Shown here piece by piece: positions 19,679 to 28,780 of a DNA stretch of 64,000 nt; the first letter of the stretch is position 1, and each line of letters begins with the position of its first letter. The stretch is from assembly GCA_963695335.1 (NCBI GenBank), contig OY968764.1, forward strand, positions 320,001-384,000. The letters are read 5' to 3'. The notes beneath the pieces are model-generated. The model did no database searches. It saw only the letters and a list, made by a program, of their open reading frames with translations, and was not told the origin of the DNA. This DNA comes from an uncultured bacterium (GTDB lineage Bacteria; Babelota; Babeliae; Babelales; Vermiphilaceae). A program made the translations under genes and the position numbers.

Positions 19679-20671
19679 ATGAAGAAAATATTATTACCTT
19701 TTTGTTTGTTTTTAAGCACTGTTACATTACATGGTATGGAATTGAGTAGCATGGCGTCCAATGGTGAAAACCATGAAGATAATAAAAAAATAATTTTACA
19801 GAATGATTTCAAAAACTTTTTAATTTGCCGATTACAAGAGTGTAAAAAGAAACCTTTTACAAATGATGATATACAGCATTTGCAAAATACATATAGTGAG
19901 ATGACTAATAAAAAAAGTTTATCTATTCTTGGTGACTGTTTACATAGAGATGCATGTGATGAAGAGGGAGATAATTTTGTACATTATGCAGCAAGAAATA
20001 GATATTTAAACATGATAGAATGGGCGATTAAATGTATGAAACGCCCATTAAGCAGTCCAAATAAAGCGGGTAAAGAGCCTATTGATTTTTGTATTGATCA
20101 ATTAATGCCAGATGCGTCTAAAGATAATAAAGAAGAGACAGAAAAGATATTTACTGCATTGGTTGTTGGTTATAGTAAAAATGATTTTGATTATGAACAT
20201 CGCAGAAGTTTTGCAAAAAAAATAGTGGCTTTAGAGTTTGAGCATGTCAAACATGGCATTCCTTATCTGCCTAAAACAGATATACTAAAATCTTTTTGTA
20301 GACAAGATATTCAGTTGTCAGATATTTATCAGGAAGTATGTGATGAAGGCGGTAATACATTTACCCATATGCTTGTATCTCATCACTTATCTGATCTGTT
20401 ATATACATTTCTCATAAAGCATTATATTACATTTGCAGTAAATAAAGAGAAAGAGGATCCTCTTACTCTTGCGCAAAAGAAACTTTTTGAAGTATCGCAT
20501 AAACATTTTGAGCAATGTATTGCAAACAAGAGTTTTGATATGGCAGGAGTTTCTCAAGAAGATAATCAAAAAAAATGTTGTTATTATATGCTTTTAAATG
20601 TGCAAAGAAAGAAAGATCATAATACGGATTTTAAACAGTGTTGCGAGAAACATATTATTGAAAAAAATTAG
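19679..20671 (+). CDS. Exported ankyrin-like protein
   Basis: Signal peptide then MEL; DEEGDNFVHYAA, NKAGKEPID, DEGGNTFTHML; CCYYML. Confidence 0.75.
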   Translation: MKKILLPFCLFLSTVTLHGMELSSMASNGENHEDNKKIILQNDFKNFLICRLQECKKKPFTNDDIQHLQNTYSEMTNKKSLSILGDCLHRDACDEEGDNFVHYAARNRYLNMIEWAIKCMKRPLSSPNKAGKEPIDFCIDQLMPDASKDNKEETEKIFTALVVGYSKNDFDYEHRRSFAKKIVALEFEHVKHGIPYLPKTDILKSFCRQDIQLSDIYQEVCDEGGNTFTHMLVSHHLSDLLYTFLIKHYITFAVNKEKEDPLTLAQKKLFEVSHKHFEQCIANKSFDMAGVSQEDNQKKCCYYMLLNVQRKKDHNTDFKQCCEKHIIEKN

Positions 20672-20779
20672 TATGCAACGATGTGATACTTGAGGTAATT
20701 TGAGCGTTTGTTTTTTCATTTTAAATTGTTAAAATAAGCCCAATTATCTTTCATCTTTTATATTAAAAGAAGGTATCAC

Positions 20780-21922
20780 ATGAAGCATATAATATTACTT
20801 GTTTGTTGTTTGATGACGCATATAACAGTGCATTGCATGGAATTAGAAAGAAAAGATGAGTTATGTGAAAGTAGTGTAGATTATAAAGACAAAGAACAAA
20901 CCCTTATTAATGATTGCAAAGATCAGCTTAAAGTTTGCTTAGAAAAATATAAAGAAAGTAATGAATTTAAACCCCAAGATATGGATAACATACTTGGGGT
21001 ACTTGCTTATATAATTGATGAATCTGAGAATAATATTGATTATATACATGACACAAAGGATAAAGATGGTAATGGATTTTTTCAGTATGCGCTTAAAAAA
21101 ATAGATTTGCCAATTATGCAATGGCTTATGGCAAAGGGAAATACAAAACATCATTCAGAAAAAGAATATGCTGATGTTATTGCATTTTGCACGGAACAGT
21201 TATCGCCAACTGAAGTGGAAAAAAGAGAGACTGTTTACGCTATACTTAAATCTATTATAGAGCATTATAAAACAGATGCTGGTTTTCTGAAACAAAGCAG
21301 AGAATATTATCTTCCTATAATGATCATGTTACAGTTGAAGCATAGAGTGCTCGAAACTAAGTTTGTTATTGAAGAGGAATTATTAACTCCCTTTGTGCAA
21401 CAAAATGGATTATCTGACTTATATCAAACAACAGTAGATGTAGAAAATCAAGACAATAACACATTAGCACATATTATCGTGGAGCAACATGATGCTGATG
21501 AATTGCATAAACTTATGAATAAGAATTATATATCAAAAGAAGTAAGAAACAGTGCCAAAAGAACTGTTTATGATCTTGCATTTGATAAATTGAGAGTATT
21601 TACACAAAATACAACACAAACTGCGCTATACCCAGAAAAATCCAAAGGAGCTCGTTGTTGTTATTATATGCTTGATAAATATTTTGCAGGAGATAATTTT
21701 GATAAAAAGAAAAACTGTTGTGATAACCATCCTGTTCTTAAAAAATATAGCATTGATCCATTAAAAACTAGTCCATCTGTTTCTGTCTCATCTTCTATAT
21801 CATCCTCTGAATCATCAAGTTCTGCAGAAAAGATTGCACGAGCGCCAGTTCTTGCCGATGAGCCTGAGCAAGGAAATTGTTGCACTAAATTATGTTATAG
21901 AATTCTAGGAACATCTCTGTAA
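20780..21922 (+). CDS. Exported ankyrin-like protein, paralogue of 19679-20671, Ser-rich and Cys-rich tail
   Basis: Signal peptide then MEL; DKDGNGFFQYAL, LSDLYQ, NNTLAHII, CCYYML. Confidence 0.75.
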   Translation: MKHIILLVCCLMTHITVHCMELERKDELCESSVDYKDKEQTLINDCKDQLKVCLEKYKESNEFKPQDMDNILGVLAYIIDESENNIDYIHDTKDKDGNGFFQYALKKIDLPIMQWLMAKGNTKHHSEKEYADVIAFCTEQLSPTEVEKRETVYAILKSIIEHYKTDAGFLKQSREYYLPIMIMLQLKHRVLETKFVIEEELLTPFVQQNGLSDLYQTTVDVENQDNNTLAHIIVEQHDADELHKLMNKNYISKEVRNSAKRTVYDLAFDKLRVFTQNTTQTALYPEKSKGARCCYYMLDKYFAGDNFDKKKNCCDNHPVLKKYSIDPLKTSPSVSVSSSISSSESSSSAEKIARAPVLADEPEQGNCCTKLCYRILGTSL

Positions 21923-22545
21923 TGAAATACACAACAACAGTTTTTTTATTTTTTTTGTCATGTGCATCTCTCCATTCTATGGAGTTAGAGTTAGATCTAG
22001 TTCCTTTGTTGGAGAAAAAACCTGCGTTAGAAGAGAAAAAAAGAGACAAAGTTTTGCATTATTATGAGAAGGTCAATAAAGATGATTTGGTGGAGAAATT
22101 ATATTTAGCACGACGTATGCCAGGTTTGATGTCATCGAAGATTGTTCGAAAAAAAATCATTGAATATATGATGCAAACAGAGAGTAATATAGATTACAAA
22201 ATAGCATTGCATTATCAACATAAAATTGCTCTATTGCACAATAAAATAGATGAATTAACATCGCAAAAAAAAAGATGTCCGGATGTAAAAATTGGGGTTA
22301 ATGATTGTATTAACGGAGTATATGGAGCAGCAGTTGGTGGATGTTGTGGTACCATGGGCGGAATGGGGATTGCATGCCTTGCATTGGCAATTAAAGCATA
22401 TGTATGGCTTTGGTGTGATCCTCATAATAATCCAATTGTGTGTGATGCTTTGCTATGGGGTTGTCCTATTTGTACAGGTACTGGATGTGTGATTGGAACA
22501 TGTATTGGAGCAAGTGGATTGTATGACAAAATAGAATGGGTGTAA
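21922..22545 (+). CDS. Exported protein with Cys/Gly-rich C-terminal membrane hairpin (paralogue 1 of 3)
   Basis: LHS|MELELDLVPLLEKK; GGCCGTMGG...CPICTGTGCVIGTCIG. Confidence 0.72.
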   Translation: MKYTTTVFLFFLSCASLHSMELELDLVPLLEKKPALEEKKRDKVLHYYEKVNKDDLVEKLYLARRMPGLMSSKIVRKKIIEYMMQTESNIDYKIALHYQHKIALLHNKIDELTSQKKRCPDVKIGVNDCINGVYGAAVGGCCGTMGGMGIACLALAIKAYVWLWCDPHNNPIVCDALLWGCPICTGTGCVIGTCIGASGLYDKIEWV

Positions 22546-22546
22546 C

Positions 22547-23296
22547 GTGAGGTACGTAATTATTGCTTATTTATTATCATTTTCGGTTTTACATTCCATG
22601 GAAATTGTTCCTCTTTTAGAAAAAAAATCAGCGCAAGATGAATTAAGATATGAAACAAAGAAGGCATTGGTGCGTCATATGTCTTCTAAGCTTATTTTAT
22701 TGGGCTATGTTACACGAATGCCGCATGATATATGGCGAGAAATGTATACAAAAATGGTTGATGTTATGTTTGAAGGTGATAAAGATTTTGAGGAAAAATT
22801 TTATAGTAAACCAGTTGAAGAAGCATTTCAGTTATATCACATGTTGAAAAAAACCGTTGGTTTTGATAAACCAATTGCTCCTCTTTATAAAATGAATCAA
22901 GAAAAACGTGATATTGTTTTAAGTGCACTTAATCCTTGGTATGGTGATTATGTAAATCCTATTTTGAGTATTAAAGAGCAAGAACAAATGCATGAGTTTG
23001 ACGTAGATGTGAAGCAATATTTTCATGGAAAAAATGCGCACGTGATGTCTGAACATAGTAAATCGTCCTGCATGTGTTCATCGATGGTAGCTGTGATATC
23101 TGCTACTGTAAGTAGTGTTGTAGTTCCTATAGTTTTTCCATTGGTGTGTTGTATTGCTGGATCCAAGTTAGCTTGTTCTCCTGCGGTATTAGGAGGGGTT
23201 TTTGGAAGTGCTGGATGTATTTGTTTGACTGGGTGTTGTTGTTATGGAGTAGATGCTACAGTACTGTATTGTAATTCTAAAAATGTTACTTTGTAG
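22547..23296 (+). CDS. Exported protein with Cys-rich C-terminal membrane hairpin (paralogue 2 of 3)
   Basis: GTG start; LHS|MEIVPLLEKK; PIAPLY, L.PWY; GCICLTGCCCYG. Confidence 0.75.
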   Translation: MRYVIIAYLLSFSVLHSMEIVPLLEKKSAQDELRYETKKALVRHMSSKLILLGYVTRMPHDIWREMYTKMVDVMFEGDKDFEEKFYSKPVEEAFQLYHMLKKTVGFDKPIAPLYKMNQEKRDIVLSALNPWYGDYVNPILSIKEQEQMHEFDVDVKQYFHGKNAHVMSEHSKSSCMCSSMVAVISATVSSVVVPIVFPLVCCIAGSKLACSPAVLGGVFGSAGCICLTGCCCYGVDATVLYCNSKNVTL

Positions 23297-23324
23297 TAAT
23301 GAATTTTTTATTAATGAGAGCAAT

Positions 23325-24125
23325 ATGAAATATATAATTATTGCTTATTTATTTTCATTGTCTTTGTTACACTCCATGGATCTTGTCCCTTTATTAGAAA
23401 AAAACCTGAATCAAGAATCAGAAACATATTTTGAAGAAATATTTCCGTCTATAAAATTGTCAAAAATTGGCAAATATTATGAAAATTTATCACCTGATTG
23501 CAGAGGTAAAGTTATATTACGTATGTCTGAAAATGCATTAGCGCTTCACCGATTGGCTATGTGGCTACCACAAGAGGTTCAGAGGCATATTTTGGTATAC
23601 ATGTTTGGAGGGTATCAAAATGATAAAGTTGATTTGGCAGTAGAAAGGTTTTGTAGCACGCCGATTGGTGAAGCTGTTCAGGTGTTATATGATATTAAGC
23701 AGGCGATACGAGAAGAAGAACCAATAGCTCCGCTCTATGTGCTGGATACAGATGAACAATATATTTTTTTGAACAGACTTACTCCTTGGTATAGTGCTAT
23801 TACAAATCAATTTATGGATGTGGAAGAACGGCAATGGGTGGATGAGTTGAATGAAGATGAACGAGTATATTTTAAAGACAAAGTAATACATAAATGTCCC
23901 AAGAAGTACAATCATATTTGTATACTTTGTATGGCTTGTATGGCAGGACTTTGTTTGGCAAGTACAGTAACATTTTTTTGTGGGTTGGGAAGCCTTTGTT
24001 GTGGTATGAATAGTAAATCAGTTCCATGGTGTATGGGTGGGATATATGCAGGAGGGTGTCTTGGGGGTTGTGGAATAGGGGCTTGTTGTTTATATCGTAA
24101 TGAAACTAAGAAAGAAGTTCTGTAA
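23325..24125 (+). CDS. Exported protein with Cys-rich C-terminal membrane hairpin (paralogue 3 of 3)
   Basis: Start moved to MKYIII; LHS|MDLVPLLEK; PIAPLY, LTPWY; GGCLGGCGIGACCLY. Confidence 0.75.
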   Translation: MKYIIIAYLFSLSLLHSMDLVPLLEKNLNQESETYFEEIFPSIKLSKIGKYYENLSPDCRGKVILRMSENALALHRLAMWLPQEVQRHILVYMFGGYQNDKVDLAVERFCSTPIGEAVQVLYDIKQAIREEEPIAPLYVLDTDEQYIFLNRLTPWYSAITNQFMDVEERQWVDELNEDERVYFKDKVIHKCPKKYNHICILCMACMAGLCLASTVTFFCGLGSLCCGMNSKSVPWCMGGIYAGGCLGGCGIGACCLYRNETKKEVL

Positions 24126-25389
24126 GACCTTTTTTTCTTCGTAGTCGATGATAACTGACTGCAAAATGATGAGCATAATCACGCAATGCAATTAAAAGTT
24201 TGCCAACATTGCTGTGGATATCAAGACGAACACCTTCAGGAAATTGTGGCCCGAATATAGTCTCTTCCCGTTTTGCCAAACTCACAATTGGCGCATCAGG
24301 TAATATAGCGTACCCTGCGCTCAGTTGTCCTTTACCACCATCAATAACAATGAGGTCAGGAAGATCAGTTTTGTTTTTGTAGCGGCGCTGTATGATCTCT
24401 TGCAACGCTGCGTAATCATTTTGTTCGGTTAATGTTTTAATTTTAAAGTGTCTAAAACAGCTTTTTTCTGGTTTGCCATCGGTAAAACGTACGCAAGAGC
24501 CTACCAAAAAACTACTCTGAAAGTGTGAAATATCAAAACAGTCTATGGTGCGTATTGGTGTAGCAAATCCAAAGAACTTTTGTAAATCAGTGTTAATTGT
24601 GCTATCTGTTTGTGGTGCATATGGACGTGGTGTGCTCGCAACAAAAATATCGGTTGCAAACTTATCGGTACTAAAATGTGTGTTAAGTGTATTAAAAATA
24701 ATATCAACGTTTTGTAAATATTCGTTGATCCGTTGTGCTTTCTCAAAAGCAAAGGTTGCAATATAGCTTTTCATCTGTTCTTTAATGTTTTGTATAAAAC
24801 CTTCTTGGTTATTTTTTAATGCCTCTTTTGCAAGAGAAATCCTAAAGCAGTAATCCGCCATATCAAAGTCTGGCTTGCAGTTACCAGCACAGTTGCCGAT
24901 ATGGTAATCAAGACAACCCAGCTCTATTCTTTTATTACAGAGTTTAAGTCTGAAGGTATGCATTAAGAAGTTATATGCCTTGCGAGCAGGCGTTTTTTGT
25001 AAAAAGGGGCCGAAATAAGTCCCTTTTTGTTTTTTATTGCGTACGAGTTCCATTGTGGGGATTTCGCCTGGGATGAATAATATATATAAGAACGGTTGGC
25101 CTTCTTTCAGAAGAACGTTGAATTTTGGCTTGTATTTTTGTACCAATTCTGCCTCTAAGAGCAAACTTTCTGTTTCTGTGGGGGTCAAAATATAGTCTAT
25201 ATCGGCATATTCGTTAATAAGCTGATTGATTTTCCAGTCAGTGGTGTATTTTTGGAAGTAGGAATTGACTCGGTCATGGAGGTTTTTTGCCTTGCCGATA
25301 TAAATAATAGCCTCTTGGGCGTCTTTAAAAAGATAGACGCCAGTAAGCTTTGGGATTGATTTTTCAAGTTTTTTGAAGTGGTTTTTCAT
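24106..25389 (-). CDS. uvrC: Excinuclease UvrC, lacking the C-terminal HhH domain
   Basis: GIY-YIG (GVYLFKD...IYIGKAKNL.DRV.SYF), IDCFDISH, DLIVIDGGKGQL, LRDYAHHFA; start moved to MKNHF. Confidence 0.9.
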   Translation of the reverse strand: MKNHFKKLEKSIPKLTGVYLFKDAQEAIIYIGKAKNLHDRVNSYFQKYTTDWKINQLINEYADIDYILTPTETESLLLEAELVQKYKPKFNVLLKEGQPFLYILFIPGEIPTMELVRNKKQKGTYFGPFLQKTPARKAYNFLMHTFRLKLCNKRIELGCLDYHIGNCAGNCKPDFDMADYCFRISLAKEALKNNQEGFIQNIKEQMKSYIATFAFEKAQRINEYLQNVDIIFNTLNTHFSTDKFATDIFVASTPRPYAPQTDSTINTDLQKFFGFATPIRTIDCFDISHFQSSFLVGSCVRFTDGKPEKSCFRHFKIKTLTEQNDYAALQEIIQRRYKNKTDLPDLIVIDGGKGQLSAGYAILPDAPIVSLAKREETIFGPQFPEGVRLDIHSNVGKLLIALRDYAHHFAVSYHRLRRKKGLTELLS

Positions 25390-25595
25390 ATCTTTAGTAT
25401 AACATATAACTTTGATTATTACTAATGAGCAATTAAATAGGTGTTTTTGGGCCAAACCATCAAAAATGTTAGAAATATGATGGTAGCGATTTCAATCTGT
25501 AATTGAGCTGATTGTTTTTTGTTTTTACCTTCGCGGCAAAAGTATTTATACTACTTTATAATTATAAAAAGTTTTTAATTTTGAAAGTTATTATT

Positions 25596-26789
25596 ATGTC
25601 TTTTATGAAACATGTTCCTAAAGTTATTGTATTAATTGTTGTGTCGTGGATTGGTTGGCAGGCTTATGCATATGTTTTTGATAAAACAGTAGCGTGCGTC
25701 ACTATTAATGGTATTAATGAAAATGGTTATTATGCAGGCGATGTGCGGTGTGCAGTGCGAGCAGATAAAAAGGGTGATGTTTCATTGTGGCTTGATGCAC
25801 AAAATTTAGTGAATAATGTACGCATTAAAGCGCATCAAGATGGTCAATCTTTTACTATTCCTACCAAAACGTTAAGTAATGGCAAACATCAGCTGAAGTT
25901 GGAATTTAGTGATAACAGTTTTAATAAGAATAAGAATGTGATGCAGTATGATTTTTATGTTGATAATCAACCGTTGCAAGCAGTGTTTGTAAAAACAGGT
26001 TCTCCATATAAAGTGTTTCAAGGGAGAACGCTGCATGTTCAATTCCAGGTAAATAAAGAGATAAAACAGGCATATATTAATACGCTCTCGCGTAAGTTTG
26101 AATGTTTCCCAGAAGCAAAAAATTCAAAAATATATGAATGTTTTATTCCTATTGAGTGTGAAGAGCAACCGAGTGAATATTTACTTTCCGCTGATATAGA
26201 AGATAAAGTGGGCAATAGTCTGCATCTTGATAATAAGTTCCAGATTGTAGTGTATCCATTTAAAAAAGAAGTTATTACCGTGACGGCTGATAAGGTGCAA
26301 GAAGAAAAAGCATTGGGACGTGATGGTAAAAACTTAGAAGATGATCTTGTACAATTAGCACTGCAATCCCCGCGTGAAAAATTATGGCGCGGCATGTTTT
26401 GTGCACCCATAGAAATTCAACGTGTTACCTGTGATTATGGAACCGTGCGTACAACGCAGCACAAAGGCCGCTATGCGCATAAAGCTGTTGATGTGATCAA
26501 TTTGCCACGTAGTGTTGTGTGGGCTCCGCAGGACGGTGTTGTGGTGATGAAAGATAGATTTGCACCAAGTGGTAATACTATTGTTGTGGATCATGGTCTT
26601 GGTATTTTGTCACTCTTTTACCATTTAGATGGTTTTGCGGATATTGAAGTTGGACAAAAAGTTGTGCAAGGTAACCCGATTGGAACCATTGGTAAAACTG
26701 GTTTTGCAACAGGATATCATTTGCACTGGGAAATGCGTATAAATAACACACCGGTTGATCCTTTACAGTGGATTAAGGCAACGTTGTAG
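25596..26789 (+). CDS. M23 family metallopeptidase with N-terminal membrane anchor
   Basis: HKAVD (HxxxD), GNTIVVDHG, FYHL, TGYHLHWEM, PVDP. Confidence 0.9.
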   Translation: MSFMKHVPKVIVLIVVSWIGWQAYAYVFDKTVACVTINGINENGYYAGDVRCAVRADKKGDVSLWLDAQNLVNNVRIKAHQDGQSFTIPTKTLSNGKHQLKLEFSDNSFNKNKNVMQYDFYVDNQPLQAVFVKTGSPYKVFQGRTLHVQFQVNKEIKQAYINTLSRKFECFPEAKNSKIYECFIPIECEEQPSEYLLSADIEDKVGNSLHLDNKFQIVVYPFKKEVITVTADKVQEEKALGRDGKNLEDDLVQLALQSPREKLWRGMFCAPIEIQRVTCDYGTVRTTQHKGRYAHKAVDVINLPRSVVWAPQDGVVVMKDRFAPSGNTIVVDHGLGILSLFYHLDGFADIEVGQKVVQGNPIGTIGKTGFATGYHLHWEMRINNTPVDPLQWIKATL

Positions 26790-26801
26790 GAAAGGGGTAA
26801 A

Positions 26802-27239
26802 ATGAGAATTTTTTATAGTATGATTTTATTGATGGTTGTTATGTGTGTGAATGCTTCGGAAAAGAAGTTAAGAGTTAAGTTGGAAAGAGAATATGATCTT
26901 CAGTTAGCGCACAAACAAAAAGAAATTGAATCGCGCAAACTTTTGCAAAGTGTAGCTAAAAATCACAAAAAAATTAATATTCATGATGATCAGCGGAAAA
27001 ATATTGAGAGCAATAAAAAGCTTGAAATAAAACAACAGCAAAATAGGCAGAGAAACATTAAACTTAGTGATAAACATTTAAGAAATATAAAGAATAATTC
27101 TGATCTCAAATGCATTATAGATTTTTTTGTGATCTTTGTATGTTTTCCCCTAGCGGTCCCTGTGATGGCTAGGGTTGTTGATGGGGTTCCTATAGGTTGT
27201 TATTACAGTGGGAATGTATGCAAATGTTATTATATGTAA
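26802..27239 (+). CDS. Hypothetical exported protein: basic coiled coil, TM, Cys-rich tail
   Basis: Signal peptide VNA|SE; ends GNVCKCYYM. Confidence 0.65.
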   Translation: MRIFYSMILLMVVMCVNASEKKLRVKLEREYDLQLAHKQKEIESRKLLQSVAKNHKKINIHDDQRKNIESNKKLEIKQQQNRQRNIKLSDKHLRNIKNNSDLKCIIDFFVIFVCFPLAVPVMARVVDGVPIGCYYSGNVCKCYYM

Positions 27240-27283
27240 TTGTGATGATGTAAGATGAGTTAAAAATGTTATAAAAAGGAGAA

Positions 27284-27862
27284 GTGATGTACTTTATTGC
27301 GCGTAATAATAAAATCTATAATTACATAGCACATACAAGTTTAAAGCGTTGTTATTTAGCAACGCTTTTTTTTGCGACTATTTTTTTGGGTACAATTTTT
27401 TATTGTGTCTATTCGCCGCTACTTTCTCATATAACTTTGCTGCAAGCAGAACAAATAATGTTGCAGAAGAAAGTTGATGAGCTTGCGCAGATGGGTAAAG
27501 GAAATAAAGAATTAACATTTTTTGTTGAAACAGGTAAAAAAACTATAGCTGATTATGCTGTTGCATCTGGTACGCGCGAAGAGCATTGTCATAAGCGTAT
27601 GTTGTTTGTGATGGAAAATATTACGCAGGCAGGGCTTATTTTGAGTGCATATGGAGCGTGCAAGGAGAAAGATAAAGATTGGTATAACAAAGATTCAGCG
27701 CATTTTGATGTTCTTGGTTCTTTGCAAAAGTTGATGACATTCTTAGAAACGGTTCAAAAATCTCGTCAGATGATTACTATTTCTCATGTTGTGTTGACGC
27801 GTGTTGCTGATAATTTTTTTCAAATGAGTTTTGATGTTGGTTTGGTGGTTGTGAAGAAATAA
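27284..27862 (+). CDS. PilO/GspM-like membrane protein
   Basis: TM, coiled coil, FDVLGSLQKLMTFLETV...MITISHV; AGGAG RBS. Confidence 0.6.
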   Translation: MMYFIARNNKIYNYIAHTSLKRCYLATLFFATIFLGTIFYCVYSPLLSHITLLQAEQIMLQKKVDELAQMGKGNKELTFFVETGKKTIADYAVASGTREEHCHKRMLFVMENITQAGLILSAYGACKEKDKDWYNKDSAHFDVLGSLQKLMTFLETVQKSRQMITISHVVLTRVADNFFQMSFDVGLVVVKK

Positions 27863-27880
27863 GCGAATTTTTTTCTTTTA

Positions 27881-27918
27881 ACGGGTCCCCATTGTAATGA
27901 AATGAAAATGGGGTCAAA
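27881..27918. repeat. Solo half of a family B repeat
   Basis: GGGTCCCCATTGTAATGAAATGAAAATGGGGTCAAA resembles the reverse complement of the first hairpin of B. Confidence 0.7.
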
Positions 27919-28020
27919 AAAATCCCTTCAACTTTGAACAAGCTGAAGGGTTAGGGGGGTGAACAATGCTTTACGCATTGTTCAGTTAGGGACATTTGAT
28001 TACTTTTTAATTTAATATTC
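27916..28020 (-). ncRNA. Candidate small RNA, about 105 nt
   Basis: Lies between a TTGACA-N17-TAGCAT promoter and a CCCTTCAGC...GTTGAAGGG-A-T7 terminator; internal hairpin TGAACAATGC-GTAAA-GCATTGTTCA. Confidence 0.5.
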
Positions 28021-28025
28021 GCCTA

Positions 28026-28054
28026 ATGCTAACAAGCGTACATTGCTTTGTCAA
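28026..28054 (-). promoter_or_regulatory. Sigma70-type promoter
   Basis: TTGACA (28054-28049), 17 nt, TAGCAT (28031-28026). Confidence 0.6.
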
Positions 28055-28063
28055 GATATCGCG

Positions 28064-28780
28064 TTATGTATTTCCCGCAATAAATTTTGTAATCAAAGGA
28101 AAAGTCTGTGGATTACTGTGTAGTTCATGAGAATGTGCCGTTTCAATAATTGAACCCGCACCCATGAGATAGATAGTGCAATCAAGTTTTTTAAGTAAAT
28201 CAGTATCATGCGTTGCAACAAGAACAATGTATCCATCGGTTGCAAGTTGTTGAATATTGTTTGCAACGTATGAAGTAAGTACAGGGTCAAGCGCAGATGT
28301 TGGTTCATCTAAACAAATAATTTTTGGTTGCATCACGAGTGCACGTGCAATTGCAAGGCGTTGTTTTTGACCGCCAGAAAGTTGCAGAGCATATTTATTT
28401 TTTTGTTCCAGTAATCCGTATCGTTGTAGCACATTATGAGCAATACTTTGAGCTTGCGCAGGAGTTTTTTTGAGTATGCGTTCAAGTGGTAGCGTGATGT
28501 TTTGTTCTACGGTTAAATGTTCAAAAAGATTAAAATGTTGAAATACCATACCAACAGTGTGTGTTGTGTTAATGGTGCTTAAGTCAAGCGGCATTCCATC
28601 TAATGTAATGGTTCCATTGTTAATAGTTTCTAAGTTATTTAAAATACGCAGTAGCGTTGATTTTCCCACACCTGATGAACCCAGAAAGAGTGCAATTTCA
28701 CCTTTTTTTACCGTCAAAGATACGTTGTTAAGGATTTTTTTTGTGTGAAACGATTTTTGTAAATGTTCAATCTTGAGCAT
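28064..28780 (-). CDS. Polar amino-acid ABC transporter ATP-binding subunit (GlnQ-like)
   Basis: GSSGVGKSTLLR, GMVFQHFNLF, LSGGQKQRLAIARAL, DEPTSALDP. Confidence 0.92.
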   Translation of the reverse strand: MLKIEHLQKSFHTKKILNNVSLTVKKGEIALFLGSSGVGKSTLLRILNNLETINNGTITLDGMPLDLSTINTTHTVGMVFQHFNLFEHLTVEQNITLPLERILKKTPAQAQSIAHNVLQRYGLLEQKNKYALQLSGGQKQRLAIARALVMQPKIICLDEPTSALDPVLTSYVANNIQQLATDGYIVLVATHDTDLLKKLDCTIYLMGAGSIIETAHSHELHSNPQTFPLITKFIAGNT

